A stretch of 64,000 nucleotides of DNA from a phage. A program made the position numbers and the translations under genes. Positions 54,801 through 64,000 of the stretch are shown piece after piece; position 1 is the stretch's first letter; each line of letters opens with the position of its first letter. The notes beneath the pieces are model-generated. The model searched no databases and had not been told where the DNA came from. It worked only from the letters and a program-made list of their open reading frames with translations. The stretch is taken from the sequence record PZ452595.1; one strand, 5' to 3'.

Positions 54801-55679
54801 TATTCTCAGCGTAATAAAGCTGGAAATATAACATTTAATATCAATGGTACAGTAACACCTATAAATGTTAATGCTTCAGGAACATTGAATGCAAATGGTG
54901 TAGCAACATTTGGTAATTCAGTCACTGCAACTGGTGAAATTATTTCTCGAAGCGCAAATGCTTTCCGTGCTATTAACGGAAATTATGGTTTCATTGTTCG
55001 CAATGATGGATCAGTAACGAATTTTATGCTTACTGCATCGGGTGATCAAACTGGCGGATTTAATGGATTGCGTCCTTTAGCTATTAATAATGCATCTGGC
55101 CAAGTAACGATTGGCGAAAGCTTAATTATTGCCAAAGGTGCTACTATAAATTCAGGCGGTTTGACTGTTAACTCGAGAATTCGTTCTCAGGGTACTAAAA
55201 CATCTGATTTATATACACGCGCACCAACATCTGATACTGTAGGATTCTGGTCAATTGATATTAACGATTCAGCCACTTATAATCAGTTCCCGGGTTATTT
55301 TAAAATGGTTGAAAAAACTAATGAAGTGACTGGACTTCCATACTTAGAACGTGGTGAAGAGGTTAAATCTCCTGGTACATTGACTCAGTTTGGTAACACA
55401 CTTGATTCGCTTTACCAAGATTGGATTACTTATCCAACAACTCCAGAAGCGCGTACCACTCGTTGGACGCGTACATGGCAGAAAACTAAAAATTCTTGGT
55501 CAAGTTTTGTTCAGGTATTTGACGGAGGTAACCCTCCTCAGCCATCTGACATCGGTGCTTTACCATCTGATAATGCTATAATGGGTAATCTTACTATTCG
55601 TGATTTCTTACGAATTGGTAATGTTCGCATTATTCCTGACCCAGTGAATAAAACTGTTAAATTTGAATGGGTTGAATAA
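51810..55679 (+). CDS. 34: Long tail fibre proximal subunit gp34
   Basis: 1289 aa, same length as T4 gp34; repeated fibre motifs. Confidence 0.95.
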   Translation: MAEIKRKFRAEDGLDAGGDKIINVALADRAVGTDGVNVDYLIQENTVQQYDPTRGYLKDFVIIYDNRFWAAINDIPKPAGAFNSVRWRALRTDANWTTVSSGPYQLKSGESISVDTAAGNDITFTLPSSPIDGDTIVLQDIGGKPGVNQVLITAPVQSIVNFRGQQVRSVLMTHPKSQIVLIFSNRLWQMYVADYSREAVVVTPASLYQAQSNDFIVRRFTSAAPINVKLPRFANHGDIINFVDLDKLNPLYHTIVTTYDETTSVQEVGTHSIEGRTTIDGFLMFDDNEKLWRLFDGDSKARLRIITTNSNIRPNEEVMVFGANNGTTQTIELQLPTNISVGDTVKISMNYMRKGQSVKIKAAGEDKIASSVQLLQFPKRSEYPPEAEWVTVQELVFNGETNYVPVLELAYIEDSDGKYWVVQQNVPTVERVDSLNDSTRARLGVIALATQAQANADLENSPQKELAITPETLANRTATETRRGIARIATTAQVNQDTTFSFADDIIITPKKLNERTATETRRGVAEIATQQETNAGTDDTTIITPKKLQARQGSESLSGIVTFVSTAGATPASSRELNGTNVYNKNTNNLVVSPKALDQYKATPTQQGAVILAVESEVIAGQSQEGWANAVVTPETLHKKTSTDARIGLIEIATQSEVNTGTDYTRAVTPKTLNDRRATESLSGIAEIATQVEFDAGVDDTRISTPLKIKTRFNSTDRTSVVALSGLVESGTLWDHYTLNILEANETQRGTLRVATQVEAAAGTLDNVLITPKKLLGTKSTEAQEGVIKVATQSETVTGTSANTAVSPKNLKWIVQSEPTWAATTLIRGFVKTSSGSITFVGNDTAGSTQPLESYEKNGYAVSPYELNRVLANYLPLKAKAVDSNLLDGLDSSQFIRRDIAQTVNGSLTLTQQTNLSAPLVSSSTATFGGSVSANSVLTISNTGTETHLIFEKGPQTGTNQAQTVTIRVWGNQFSGESDTTRSTVFEVGDETSNHFYSQRNKAGNITFNINGTVTPINVNASGTLNANGVATFGNSVTATGEIISRSANAFRAINGNYGFIVRNDGSVTNFMLTASGDQTGGFNGLRPLAINNASGQVTIGESLIIAKGATINSGGLTVNSRIRSQGTKTSDLYTRAPTSDTVGFWSIDINDSATYNQFPGYFKMVEKTNEVTGLPYLERGEEVKSPGTLTQFGNTLDSLYQDWITYPTTPEARTTRWTRTWQKTKNSWSSFVQVFDGGNPPQPSDIGALPSDNAIMGNLTIRDFLRIGNVRIIPDPVNKTVKFEWVE

Positions 55680-55687
55680 GAGGTATT

Positions 55688-56803
55688 ATGGAAAAATTTA
55701 TGGCAGAGTTTGGACAAGGATACGTCCAAACGCCATTTTTATCGGAAAGCAATTCAGTAAGATACAAAATAAGTATAGCGGGTTCTTGCCCGCTTTCTAC
55801 CGCAGGACCATATGTTAAATTTCAGGATAATCCTGTAGGAAATCAAACATTTAGCGCAGGTCTTCATTTAAGAGTTTTTGATCCTTCTACAGGAGCATTA
55901 GTTGATAGTAAGTCATATGCTTTTTCTACTTCAAATGATACTACATCAGCTGCTTTTGTTAGTTTCATGAATTCTTTGACAAATAATAGAATTGTTGCTA
56001 TATTAACTAGCGGAAAGGTTAATTTTCCTCCTGAAGTAGTATCTTGGTTAAGAACCGCCGGAACGTCTGCTTTTCCATCTGACTCTATATTGTCAAGATT
56101 TGATGTATCATATGCTGCTTTTTATACTTCTTCTAAAAGAGCTATTGCATTAGAGCATGTTAAATTAAGTAATAGAAAAAGCACAGATGATTATCAAACT
56201 ATTTTAGATGTTGTATTTGACAGTTTAGAAGACGTTGGAGCTACCGGGTTTCCAAGAAGAACATATGAAAGCGTTGAGCAGTTTATGTCAGCGGTTGGTG
56301 GAACTAATAACGAAATTGCACGTCTACCAACTTCATCCGCGATAAGTAAACTTTCTGACTACAATTTAATTCCTGGCGATGTTCTTTATCTTAAAGCACA
56401 ACTATATGCTGATGCCGATTTACTTGCTCTTGGAACTACGAATATATCCATTAGATTTTATAATGAATCGGATGGATATATTTCTTCAACACATGCTGAG
56501 TTTACTGGTCAAGCTGGGTCATGGGAATTAAAGGAAGACTATGTAGTTGTTCCTGAAAATGCGGTAGGATTTACGATATATGCACAAAGAACTGCCCAAG
56601 CAGGTCAAGGAGGCATGAGAAATTTAAGCTTTTCTGAAGTATCAAGAAATGGCGGCATTTCAAAACCTGCTGAATTCGGCGTCAATGGTATTCGTGTTAA
56701 TTATATCTGTGAATCTGCTTCACCTCCGGATATAATGGTACTTCCTACACAAGCATCGTCTAAAACTGGTAAAGTGTTTGGGCAAGAATTTAGAGAAGTT
56801 TAA
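55688..56803 (+). CDS. 35: Long tail fibre hinge connector gp35
   Basis: 371 aa in the T4 gene 35 position. Confidence 0.9.
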   Translation: MEKFMAEFGQGYVQTPFLSESNSVRYKISIAGSCPLSTAGPYVKFQDNPVGNQTFSAGLHLRVFDPSTGALVDSKSYAFSTSNDTTSAAFVSFMNSLTNNRIVAILTSGKVNFPPEVVSWLRTAGTSAFPSDSILSRFDVSYAAFYTSSKRAIALEHVKLSNRKSTDDYQTILDVVFDSLEDVGATGFPRRTYESVEQFMSAVGGTNNEIARLPTSSAISKLSDYNLIPGDVLYLKAQLYADADLLALGTTNISIRFYNESDGYISSTHAEFTGQAGSWELKEDYVVVPENAVGFTIYAQRTAQAGQGGMRNLSFSEVSRNGGISKPAEFGVNGIRVNYICESASPPDIMVLPTQASSKTGKVFGQEFREV

Positions 56804-56808
56804 ATTGA

Positions 56809-56826
56809 GGGAGCCTTCGGGTTCCC
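56809..56826 (+). terminator. Terminator hairpin after gene 35 (GGGAGCC-UUCG-GGUUCCC)
   Basis: Stem with UUCG tetraloop followed by a T-run. Confidence 0.6.
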
Positions 56827-56834
56827 TTTTTCTT

Positions 56835-56842
56835 TATAAATA
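56835..56842 (+). promoter_or_regulatory. T4 late promoter motif TATAAATA (P36)
   Basis: Exact TATAAATA about 24 nt upstream of the gene 36 ATG. Confidence 0.6.
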
Positions 56843-56865
56843 CTATTAAAATAAAGGGGCATACA

Positions 56866-57522
56866 ATGGCTGATTTAAAAGTAGGTTCAACAACCGGAGG
56901 CTCTGTCATTTGGCATCAAGGAAATTTTCCATTGAATCCAGCCGGTGACGATGTACTCTATAAATCATTTAAAATATATTCAGAATATAATAAACCACAA
57001 GCTGCTGATAACGATTTCGTTTCTAAAGCTAATGGCGGTACTTATTTAAATAAAGTAATTTTTAATAAAGGAATGACTGTTCCTGGCGCAGGGTCAGGTG
57101 ATAATGGTATTTTTGCTGGTCCTGGTGATAGTGCCACGTATGATACTACAAATATGGATATTGTTTCGTGGTATGGTATTGGTTTTAAATCATCACAAGG
57201 AACAGCAGGTAGAACTGTAGTAATTAACACACGAAATGGAGATATTAGCTCAAAGGGCGTAATTGAAGCATCACAAATCCGTGTAACTTCGTTATCACCA
57301 GTAAATAATTATGACCTTACGCGGAAAGATTATGTTGATGGAGCAATAAATATTGTTACAGCAAACGCAAACTCTAGGGTATTACGCTCTGGAGACACTA
57401 TGATAGGAAATTTAACTGCGCCAAACCTTTTTTCACAGAATCCTGCATCTCAACCCTCGCATGTTCCACGATTTGACCAAATTGTTATTAAGGATTCTGT
57501 TCAAGATTTCGGCTATTATTAA
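56866..57522 (+). CDS. 36: Long tail fibre distal connector gp36
   Basis: 218 aa in the T4 gene 36 position. Confidence 0.9.
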   Translation: MADLKVGSTTGGSVIWHQGNFPLNPAGDDVLYKSFKIYSEYNKPQAADNDFVSKANGGTYLNKVIFNKGMTVPGAGSGDNGIFAGPGDSATYDTTNMDIVSWYGIGFKSSQGTAGRTVVINTRNGDISSKGVIEASQIRVTSLSPVNNYDLTRKDYVDGAINIVTANANSRVLRSGDTMIGNLTAPNLFSQNPASQPSHVPRFDQIVIKDSVQDFGYY

Positions 57523-57530
57523 GAGGACTT

Positions 57531-60500
57531 ATGGCTACTTTAAAACAAATACAATTTAAAAGAAGCAAAACTGCAGGAGCACGTCCTGCCGCTTCAGTAT
57601 TAGCCGAAGGTGAATTGGCTATAAACTTAAAAGACCGTGTACTTTTTACTAAAGATGACCAAGGAAATATTATTGATCTGGGTTTTGCTAAAGGCGGTAG
57701 TATTGACGGGAATGTTATTCATACAGGCAATTATAACCAAACTGGCGATTATACTTTAAATGGTGTCTTCACTCAGACTGGTAATTTTAATTTAACTGGT
57801 ATTGCTCGAGTAACTCGCGATATTATTGCCGCTGGGCAGATTATGACTGAAGGCGGAGAACTTATTACAAAAAGTTCAGGTACAGCGCATGTTCGTTTTT
57901 TCGATAACAATAGTCGCGAACGCGGAATCATTTATGCCCCGGCTAATGATGGTTTAACTACACAAGTACTTAATATCAGGGTTCAAGACTACGCCGCTGG
58001 TAGCGAAAGCACTTATGCATTTTCAGGCAGTGGACTATTTACTTCACCTGAAGTATCAGCATGGAAATCTATTTCGTCTCCACAAATTCTGACCGACAAA
58101 GTTATTACAAATGGGAAGAAGACGGGAGATTATGACATTTATTCTATGGCAGACAACGTTCCATTGTCTGAAAGCACTACTGCTATTAATCATCTCCGTG
58201 TTATGCGCAATGCTGTAGGCGCTGGTGTATTCCATGAAGTTAAAGATAATGATGGAATAACTTGGTATACTGGAGATGGCTTAGACACTTATCTTTGGTC
58301 GTTTACCTGGACCGGTGGATTGAAAGCAGGCCATTCTATTTCTGTTGGTACTCCTGGTGGCAATAAAGGATACTCTGAATTAGGGACTGCTTCAATTTCT
58401 CTTGGCGATAATGATACCGGGCTAAAATGGCATCAGGACGGATATTTCTATACAGTAAACAACGGAACAAGAACTTTCATCTATGGTCCAGGAGAAACGC
58501 AAAGCCTTAGAAAAATGGTTATGGCTTATTCTCCAGATGGGCTTCTTATGACAACGCCACCGACAGAAAACTATGCTTTGGCTACTGTTGTTACTTACCA
58601 TGATAATAACGCATACGGTGACGGTCAAACTCTTTTAGGATATTATCAAGGCGGTAACTATCATCATTATTTTCGCGGTAAGGGTACTACAAACATTAAT
58701 ACTCACGGCGGTTTGTTAGTTACTCCTGGTAATATTGACGTTATTGGTGGTTCTGTTAATATCGATGGTAGAAATAATGCTTCTACACTGATGTTTAGAG
58801 GTAACACAACTGGTAGTAGTTCAGTTGATAATATGACAATTTCCGTTTGGGGCAATACGTTTACTAATCCTAGTGTAGGTAATCGTAAAAACGTCATGGA
58901 AATTTCTGATGCAACTAGCTGGATGAGTTATATTCAAAGACTTACAACAGGTGAAGTAGAAATGAACGTTAACGGTTCATTTGAATCATCTGGTGTTACT
59001 GCTGGAAATAGAGGAGTTCACACAACGGGCGAAATTTCATCTGGGGCTGTGAATGCGCTTCGTATTTGGAACGCAGATTATGGAGCTATTTTTAGACGTT
59101 CAGAAGGTAGTCTTCATATTATTCCAACTGCTTATGGTGAAGGTAAACATGGTGATATCGGCCCACTTCGCCCGTTTAGTATGGCTTTAGATACCGGTAA
59201 AGTTACTATTCCAGATTTACAATCAAGTTACAATACGTTCGCAGCGAACGGCTATATTAAATTTGTTGGTCATGGAGCGGGTGCCGGCGGTTATGACATT
59301 CAATATGCTCAAGCGGCTCCTATTTTCCAGGAAATTGATGATGATGCTGTAAGCAAATATTATCCTATTGTTAAACAGAAGTTTTTAAATGGTAAAGCCG
59401 TTTGGTCTTTAGGTACTGAAATTAATTCGGGTACATTCGTTATTCATCATCTGAAAGAAGATGGATCACAGGGCCATACATCAAGATTTAATGCTGATGG
59501 TACAGTTAATTTCCCCGATAACGTTCAGGTCGGCGGCGGTGAAGCTACTATTGCTCGCAATGGTAATATTTTCTCAGATATTTGGAAATCGTTTACTTCT
59601 GCGGGAGACACTACAAATATTCGCGATGCGATAGCTACTCGTGTTGCCAAAGAAGGCGATACGATGACCGGTAGGTTGACTTTATCTGCTGGAAATGATG
59701 CCCTTGTTTTAACTGCGGGCGCTGGCGCTTCATCGCACATCCGTAGTGATGTAGGTGGTACAAATAATTGGTATATAGGCAAAGGCGGCGGCGACAATGG
59801 TCTAGGTTTTTACAGTTACATTACACAAGGCGGTGTATACATAACAAATAACGGCGAAATAGCGCTTTCTCCTCAAGGACAAGGAACATTTAATTTTAAT
59901 AGAGACCGCCTTCATATAAACGGTACACAATGGACTGCGCACCAGGGTGGTGGCTGGGGAAACCAATGGAATCAAGAAGCTCCGATATTTATAGATTTTG
60001 GTAATGTTGGTAATGATAGTTATTATCCTATTATTAAAGGAAAATCTGGTATTACTAATGAAGGATACATATCTGGCGTTGATTTTGGTATGCGACGCAT
60101 TACTAATAACTGGGCGCAAGGTATTATTCGTGTAGGTAACCAGGAAAATGGTTCTGATCCACAAGCTATCTATGAATTTCATCACAATGGAGTTCTGTAT
60201 GTTCCTAACATGGTTAAAACTGGAGCAAGATTATCAGCTGGCGGTGGTGACCCGGTGTGGCAAGGCGCATGCGTTGTTATTGGTGATAATGATACTGGAT
60301 TAGTTCATGGTGGTGATGGACGAATTAATATGGTTGCAAATGGAGTTCATATTGCTTCATGGTCTTCATCTTATCATTCTCATCCAGGCCTTTGGGATTC
60401 AAACGGAGCTTTGTGGACAGAAGTTGGCAAAGCAATTATTTCTCATGGTCATTTAGTTCAGGCGAATGACAGCTATTCAACGTTTGTCCGTGATGTTTAT

Positions 60501-60842
60501 GTCCGCTCTGATATTCGTGTTAAAAAAGACCTCGTTAAATTTGAAAATGCTTCTGAAAAGCTTTCTAAAATTAACGGTTACACTTATATGCAGAAACGTG
60601 GAACTGACGAAGAAGGTAATCAGAAATGGGAACCTAACGCCGGTTTAATTGCTCAAGAAGTTCAAGCTATTTTACCAGAATTAGTTGAAGGCGACCCGGA
60701 TGGTGAAGCTTTACTTCGTTTGAACTATAACGGTGTAATTGGTTTAAATACAGCTGCAATCAATGAGCATACTGCAGAAATTGCGGAACTTAAATCAGAA
60801 ATTGAAGAACTTAAAGCATTAGTTAAATCATTGTTAAAATAA
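57531..60842 (+). CDS. 37: Long tail fibre distal subunit gp37 with C-terminal intramolecular-chaperone-like domain
   Basis: 1103 aa; last 120 aa (SDIRVKKDL...YTYMQKRG...coiled-coil end) resemble auto-cleaving fibre chaperone domains. Confidence 0.9.
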   Translation: MATLKQIQFKRSKTAGARPAASVLAEGELAINLKDRVLFTKDDQGNIIDLGFAKGGSIDGNVIHTGNYNQTGDYTLNGVFTQTGNFNLTGIARVTRDIIAAGQIMTEGGELITKSSGTAHVRFFDNNSRERGIIYAPANDGLTTQVLNIRVQDYAAGSESTYAFSGSGLFTSPEVSAWKSISSPQILTDKVITNGKKTGDYDIYSMADNVPLSESTTAINHLRVMRNAVGAGVFHEVKDNDGITWYTGDGLDTYLWSFTWTGGLKAGHSISVGTPGGNKGYSELGTASISLGDNDTGLKWHQDGYFYTVNNGTRTFIYGPGETQSLRKMVMAYSPDGLLMTTPPTENYALATVVTYHDNNAYGDGQTLLGYYQGGNYHHYFRGKGTTNINTHGGLLVTPGNIDVIGGSVNIDGRNNASTLMFRGNTTGSSSVDNMTISVWGNTFTNPSVGNRKNVMEISDATSWMSYIQRLTTGEVEMNVNGSFESSGVTAGNRGVHTTGEISSGAVNALRIWNADYGAIFRRSEGSLHIIPTAYGEGKHGDIGPLRPFSMALDTGKVTIPDLQSSYNTFAANGYIKFVGHGAGAGGYDIQYAQAAPIFQEIDDDAVSKYYPIVKQKFLNGKAVWSLGTEINSGTFVIHHLKEDGSQGHTSRFNADGTVNFPDNVQVGGGEATIARNGNIFSDIWKSFTSAGDTTNIRDAIATRVAKEGDTMTGRLTLSAGNDALVLTAGAGASSHIRSDVGGTNNWYIGKGGGDNGLGFYSYITQGGVYITNNGEIALSPQGQGTFNFNRDRLHINGTQWTAHQGGGWGNQWNQEAPIFIDFGNVGNDSYYPIIKGKSGITNEGYISGVDFGMRRITNNWAQGIIRVGNQENGSDPQAIYEFHHNGVLYVPNMVKTGARLSAGGGDPVWQGACVVIGDNDTGLVHGGDGRINMVANGVHIASWSSSYHSHPGLWDSNGALWTEVGKAIISHGHLVQANDSYSTFVRDVYVRSDIRVKKDLVKFENASEKLSKINGYTYMQKRGTDEEGNQKWEPNAGLIAQEVQAILPELVEGDPDGEALLRLNYNGVIGLNTAAINEHTAEIAELKSEIEELKALVKSLLK

Positions 60843-60846
60843 TAAG

Positions 60847-60862
60847 AGGGGCTTCGGCCCCT
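60847..60862 (+). terminator. Hairpin after gene 37 (GGGGC-UUCG-GCCCC)
   Basis: Stem with UUCG tetraloop between gene 37 and the gene 38 SD. Confidence 0.5.
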
Positions 60863-60873
60863 TGGAGGTTTAT

Positions 60874-61650
60874 ATGGCAGTAACAGGACCGTGGGTAGGA
60901 TCGTCTGCAGTAGTTAATACAGGACAAAATTGGATGGGTGGTGCCGCGCAGAGATTGAGAATGGGAATTCCGTTTTGGATGAGTAATATGATAGGTCGAT
61001 CTGTTGAAATAATTCACACGCTTGGAGCAGACCATAACTTCAATGGTCAATGGTTCCGAGATAGATGTTTTGAGGCAGGTAGTGCACCTATAGTGTTTAA
61101 TATCACTGGAGATTTAGTATCATATTCTAAAGATGTTCCTTTATTCTTCATGTATGGAGATACACCCAATGAATATGTTCAGTTGAATATACACGGCGTA
61201 ACGATGTATGGTCGTGGCGGTAATGGCGGTAGCAATAGTCCTGGCTCAGCTGGAGGTCATTGTATTCAAAACGATATTGGTGGGAGACTAAGAATTAATA
61301 ATGGTGGAGCTATTGCAGGCGGCGGTGGCGGCGGTGGCGGCGGATATTATTCTCCTTTTTCACAAATGAGATTGACCTTTGGCGGCGGCGGTGGGCGTCC
61401 GTTTGGTGCACCTGGCGGATCTATTGATATGCAATCAGGAGCGACTGGCGGTACTATTTCTGCACCTGGCTCAGGATCCGTGAATGGTATCTATAATGGT
61501 GGAAACGGTGGTGAAGTAGGTTCCGCGGGAGGTAGATGCAATATTCGCGGTCAAGGATCTGAATATAATGGCGGCGATGCTGGTTATGCCGTCATAGGGT
61601 CCGCTCCAACGTGGATAAATGTTGGAGCAATATATGGTCCAAGAGTATAA
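60874..61650 (+). CDS. 38: T2-type tail fibre adhesin gp38 with glycine-rich motifs
   Basis: Track start is TTG at 60862; the ATG at 60874 with SD GGAGG gives 258 aa; poly-Gly islands ([37 protein letters not shown]) separated by variable segments. Confidence 0.85.
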   Translation: MAVTGPWVGSSAVVNTGQNWMGGAAQRLRMGIPFWMSNMIGRSVEIIHTLGADHNFNGQWFRDRCFEAGSAPIVFNITGDLVSYSKDVPLFFMYGDTPNEYVQLNIHGVTMYGRGGNGGSNSPGSAGGHCIQNDIGGRLRINNGGAIAGGGGGGGGGYYSPFSQMRLTFGGGGGRPFGAPGGSIDMQSGATGGTISAPGSGSVNGIYNGGNGGEVGSAGGRCNIRGQGSEYNGGDAGYAVIGSAPTWINVGAIYGPRV

Positions 61651-61680
61651 TTTGAATAAATATCCTTAAAAGGAGGGTCT

Positions 61681-62337
61681 ATGGCAGCACCTAGAATATC
61701 ATTTTCGCCCTCTGATATTCTGTTTGGTGTTCTAGATCGCTTGTTCAAAGATAACGCTACCGGGAAAGTTCTTGCTTCCCGGGTAGCTGTCGTAATTCTT
61801 TTATTTATGATGGCGATTGTTTGGTATAGGGGAGATAGTTTCTTTGAGTACTATAAGCAATCAAAGTATGAAACATACAGTGAAATTATTGAAAAGGAAA
61901 GAAATGCACGCTTTGAATCTGTCGCCCTGGAACAACTCCAGATAGTTCATATATCATCTGAGGCAGACTTTAGTGCGGTGTATTCTTTCCGCCCTAAAAA
62001 CTTAAACTATTTTGTTGATATTATAGCATATGAAGGAAAATTACCTTCAACAATAAGTGAAAAATCACTTGGAGGATATCCTGTTGATAAAACTATGGAT
62101 GAATATGCAGTTCATTTAAATGGACGTCATTATTATTCCAACTCAAAATTTGCTTTTTTACCAACTAAAAAGCCTACTCCCGAAATAAACTACATGTACA
62201 GTTGTCCATATTTTAATTTGGATAATATCTATGCTGGAACGATAACCATGTACTGGTATAGAAATGATCATATAAGTAATGACCGCCTTGAATCAATATG
62301 TGCTCAGGCGGCCAGAATATTAGGAAGGGCTAAATAA
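61681..62337 (+). CDS. t: Holin T
   Basis: 218 aa, same length as T4 holin; one N-terminal TM segment and large periplasmic domain. Confidence 0.93.
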   Translation: MAAPRISFSPSDILFGVLDRLFKDNATGKVLASRVAVVILLFMMAIVWYRGDSFFEYYKQSKYETYSEIIEKERNARFESVALEQLQIVHISSEADFSAVYSFRPKNLNYFVDIIAYEGKLPSTISEKSLGGYPVDKTMDEYAVHLNGRHYYSNSKFAFLPTKKPTPEINYMYSCPYFNLDNIYAGTITMYWYRNDHISNDRLESICAQAARILGRAK

Positions 62338-62610
62338 TTATTTGTTCGTATACATCTCTAGATATCGATATACACCCTCAAAACCCTCGTTGAATTCGTC
62401 GATGAGGGTTTTCTTATCTTCCTGAGTTAATTCAGAAACAATTTTACGGAATGAATTCTGATTTAACTTTCTACCTTCATGCGTTACTCCAATCTCATTC
62501 AGAAATGCAATAAAATTAGCACGATTTTCAACAATATCTTCTCTGGAAAATTTAATCAAAATAGACGCAACAGTAATAATTTCACGAACTGTATCAATGT
62601 TTTTATTCAT
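62338..62610 (-). CDS. asiA: Anti-sigma70 protein AsiA
   Basis: 90 aa, same length as T4 AsiA. Confidence 0.93.
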   Translation of the reverse strand: MNKNIDTVREIITVASILIKFSREDIVENRANFIAFLNEIGVTHEGRKLNQNSFRKIVSELTQEDKKTLIDEFNEGFEGVYRYLEMYTNK

Positions 62611-62622
62611 TAACTATACCAC

Positions 62623-62775
62623 TCAATTAGTTGACTTTGTTATAATATCATCAGACGCTTGATTTGTAAACTGGTCTGTGTTATTTTCTTCAAAAATTTT
62701 TTCTACGAATTCCTTGAACGACTCACGTTCCTGAGCTACATTGTGCTCGATTACCTTTTCAAGATTATGACTCAT
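62623..62775 (-). CDS. Possible 50 aa acidic ORF between asiA and arn
   Basis: Hand-translated MSHNLEKVIEHNVAQERESFKEF...; its ATG overlaps the arn stop as ATGA. Confidence 0.35.
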   Translation of the reverse strand: MSHNLEKVIEHNVAQERESFKEFVEKIFEENNTDQFTNQASDDIITKSTN

Positions 62776-63050
62776 TCGAAATAATCTTCAATTTCGTAAT
62801 CATGGACATAAATCATTATAGTTTTTAATACATCATCAATACTTTTTCCTGGAGCTGGAATTACGTAAAAATATCCTACTTTTGAGAGGTCTTTATAAGT
62901 TCCAATTAAGAAATCGTTATTCTCAAGATGTAGTTCTTCAACTAATTCATTGACAATTGAATGGTATAGATTTGGTAGAAACTTATATAGCTTTTCTAGA
63001 ATATCAATTTTGATTGTGTATTGAACCACGGATTGAGAATCAATAATCAT
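62772..63050 (-). CDS. arn: Arn anti-restriction protein (McrBC inhibitor)
   Basis: 92 aa acidic protein in the T4 arn position. Confidence 0.75.
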   Translation of the reverse strand: MIIDSQSVVQYTIKIDILEKLYKFLPNLYHSIVNELVEELHLENNDFLIGTYKDLSKVGYFYVIPAPGKSIDDVLKTIMIYVHDYEIEDYFE

Positions 63051-63133
63051 AGACCTTCCCCTTATGTTTCTGTTTGCGATTAGATTCTTTAAACGCTTTC
63101 TTCTTATCCTTATGAACAGAAGCTTTATTAAAA

Positions 63134-63352
63134 TTATGTTTTGCGACTAAATTGTTCATAGTGCTGAATTACCTCTCTCAAACATTTGCATGTGAATGAA
63201 AACTTTTTAGCTACACCACATTCAAATATATGTTCTCTTAAATCACATGTATCGGTATATCCCATCTCAACAATAAAATGCCGTATTAGATTTTTATCTT
63301 TATCATTGAGAGAATTAAAATAATCAGATTTTGAATTAATTTCCCTGGCCAA
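63134..63352 (-). CDS. Hypothetical Cys-containing protein (arn.1 position)
   Basis: 72 aa ORF. Confidence 0.5.
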   Translation of the reverse strand: MAREINSKSDYFNSLNDKDKNLIRHFIVEMGYTDTCDLREHIFECGVAKKFSFTCKCLREVIQHYEQFSRKT

Positions 63353-63632
63353 ATTGAATCACCTTCAGTTGACGTTTTAGTTCTTTTATCATCTCTTCGT
63401 TCATTGCAATATAAAGATCGCGTAGAGCAGGTTTTAGCATTCCATTTACCGGAGAACTAAATGGGCATACATAATCTTTTCCTACGAGCTTTTTAGTGAA
63501 TTCCATATCACAGAACTTAAATCCCGGCTCATTGGTATAAATTCCCCAATTGGTTGACATCATTTTATTAGCATATTCCAGTGCCTGGATTTGATTCATA
63601 ATTCCATCAATTTGAAACTTTTTAATATTCAT
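63336..63632 (-). CDS. Hypothetical protein
   Basis: 98 aa ORF. Confidence 0.5.
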   Translation of the reverse strand: MNIKKFQIDGIMNQIQALEYANKMMSTNWGIYTNEPGFKFCDMEFTKKLVGKDYVCPFSSPVNGMLKPALRDLYIAMNEEMIKELKRQLKVIQFGQGN

Positions 63633-64000
63633 TAGTAAAGGTCCTCAGAGTAAAGTTCTTTTTCACTACCACCACGTTCAATACGTACTTGTCCAGCGTA
63701 AGTTGCAATAATCATTGCTTCTTCACGTGTCCAATAATTACTATATTGGTCAATAAACCCTTGGTCATCATCACAAACTTGTTGAGTAACTAATTGAGGT
63801 TTAACTACATCTAAAACTTCTGCCATATCTTTAGAATAATGACGAGCACCTGGAATAATAAGAGTTCGTCCATCTTTTAATTTAAAACGGTTGGCTGCAC
63901 AAACAATTCGTCGTTGATACTTTTGGTTTTCATCCCAATACGCAGTCTGCCAACAGATTTCAGGAACTTCATCTAAAACATTTTGTTCTGTATATTCACC
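63632..64000 (-). CDS. Hypothetical protein, possibly 5'-truncated by the window edge
   Basis: Track lists 63632..63826 (64 aa), but the same frame stays open from the window edge with no stop; true start may lie beyond 64000. Confidence 0.4.
   Translation of the reverse strand, partial: GEYTEQNVLDEVPEICWQTAYWDENQKYQRRIVCAANRFKLKDGRTLIIPGARHYSKDMAEVLDVVKPQLVTQQVCDDDQGFIDQYSNYWTREEAMIIATYAGQVRIERGGSEKELYSEDLY

Noticed and set aside
58422-60185. Short - strand ORFs inside gene 37
   Set aside because: Antisense to the long tail fibre gene; artefacts of G/T-rich repeats.
61318-61400. GGC/GGT trinucleotide repeat as a non-coding tandem repeat or CRISPR-like element
   Set aside because: It is in frame inside gp38 and encodes the poly-glycine motifs; no spacer-repeat organisation.

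Overview
This 64 kb window is a contiguous segment of a T4-like (T-even, Tevenvirinae) myovirus genome in standard T4 orientation. Late structural genes sit on the + strand: tail sheath/tube 18-19, head module 20-67-68-21-22-23-24, baseplate hub 51-27-28-29-48-54, long tail fibre 34-35-36-37-38 and holin t. Early and middle genes sit on the - strand: rnlB, hoc, inh, uvsY, 25-26, alt, DNA ligase 30, rIII, 31, cd, pseT, alc, rnlA, denA, nrdB, nrdA, td, frd, 32, 59, 33, dsbA, rnh, asiA, arn. Calls rest on ORF length, order and protein sequence matched from memory to T4 families; no database search was run. ORF-track starts are often extended by non-ATG codons and were corrected where SD/ATG context was clear. 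No tRNA, rRNA, CRISPR or integrase was seen. Most notable: two tandem Alt-family ADP-ribosyltransferase paralogs, a small ORF inserted precisely at the frd-td junction, uninterrupted td and nrdB with no free-standing homing endonuclease genes, a gp37 ending in a chaperone-like domain next to a glycine-rich gp38 adhesin, a NADAR-like gene near alt, and a duplicated 54-bp promoter cassette. I did not find a clearly novel multi-gene system; the items above are the best candidates for follow-up.
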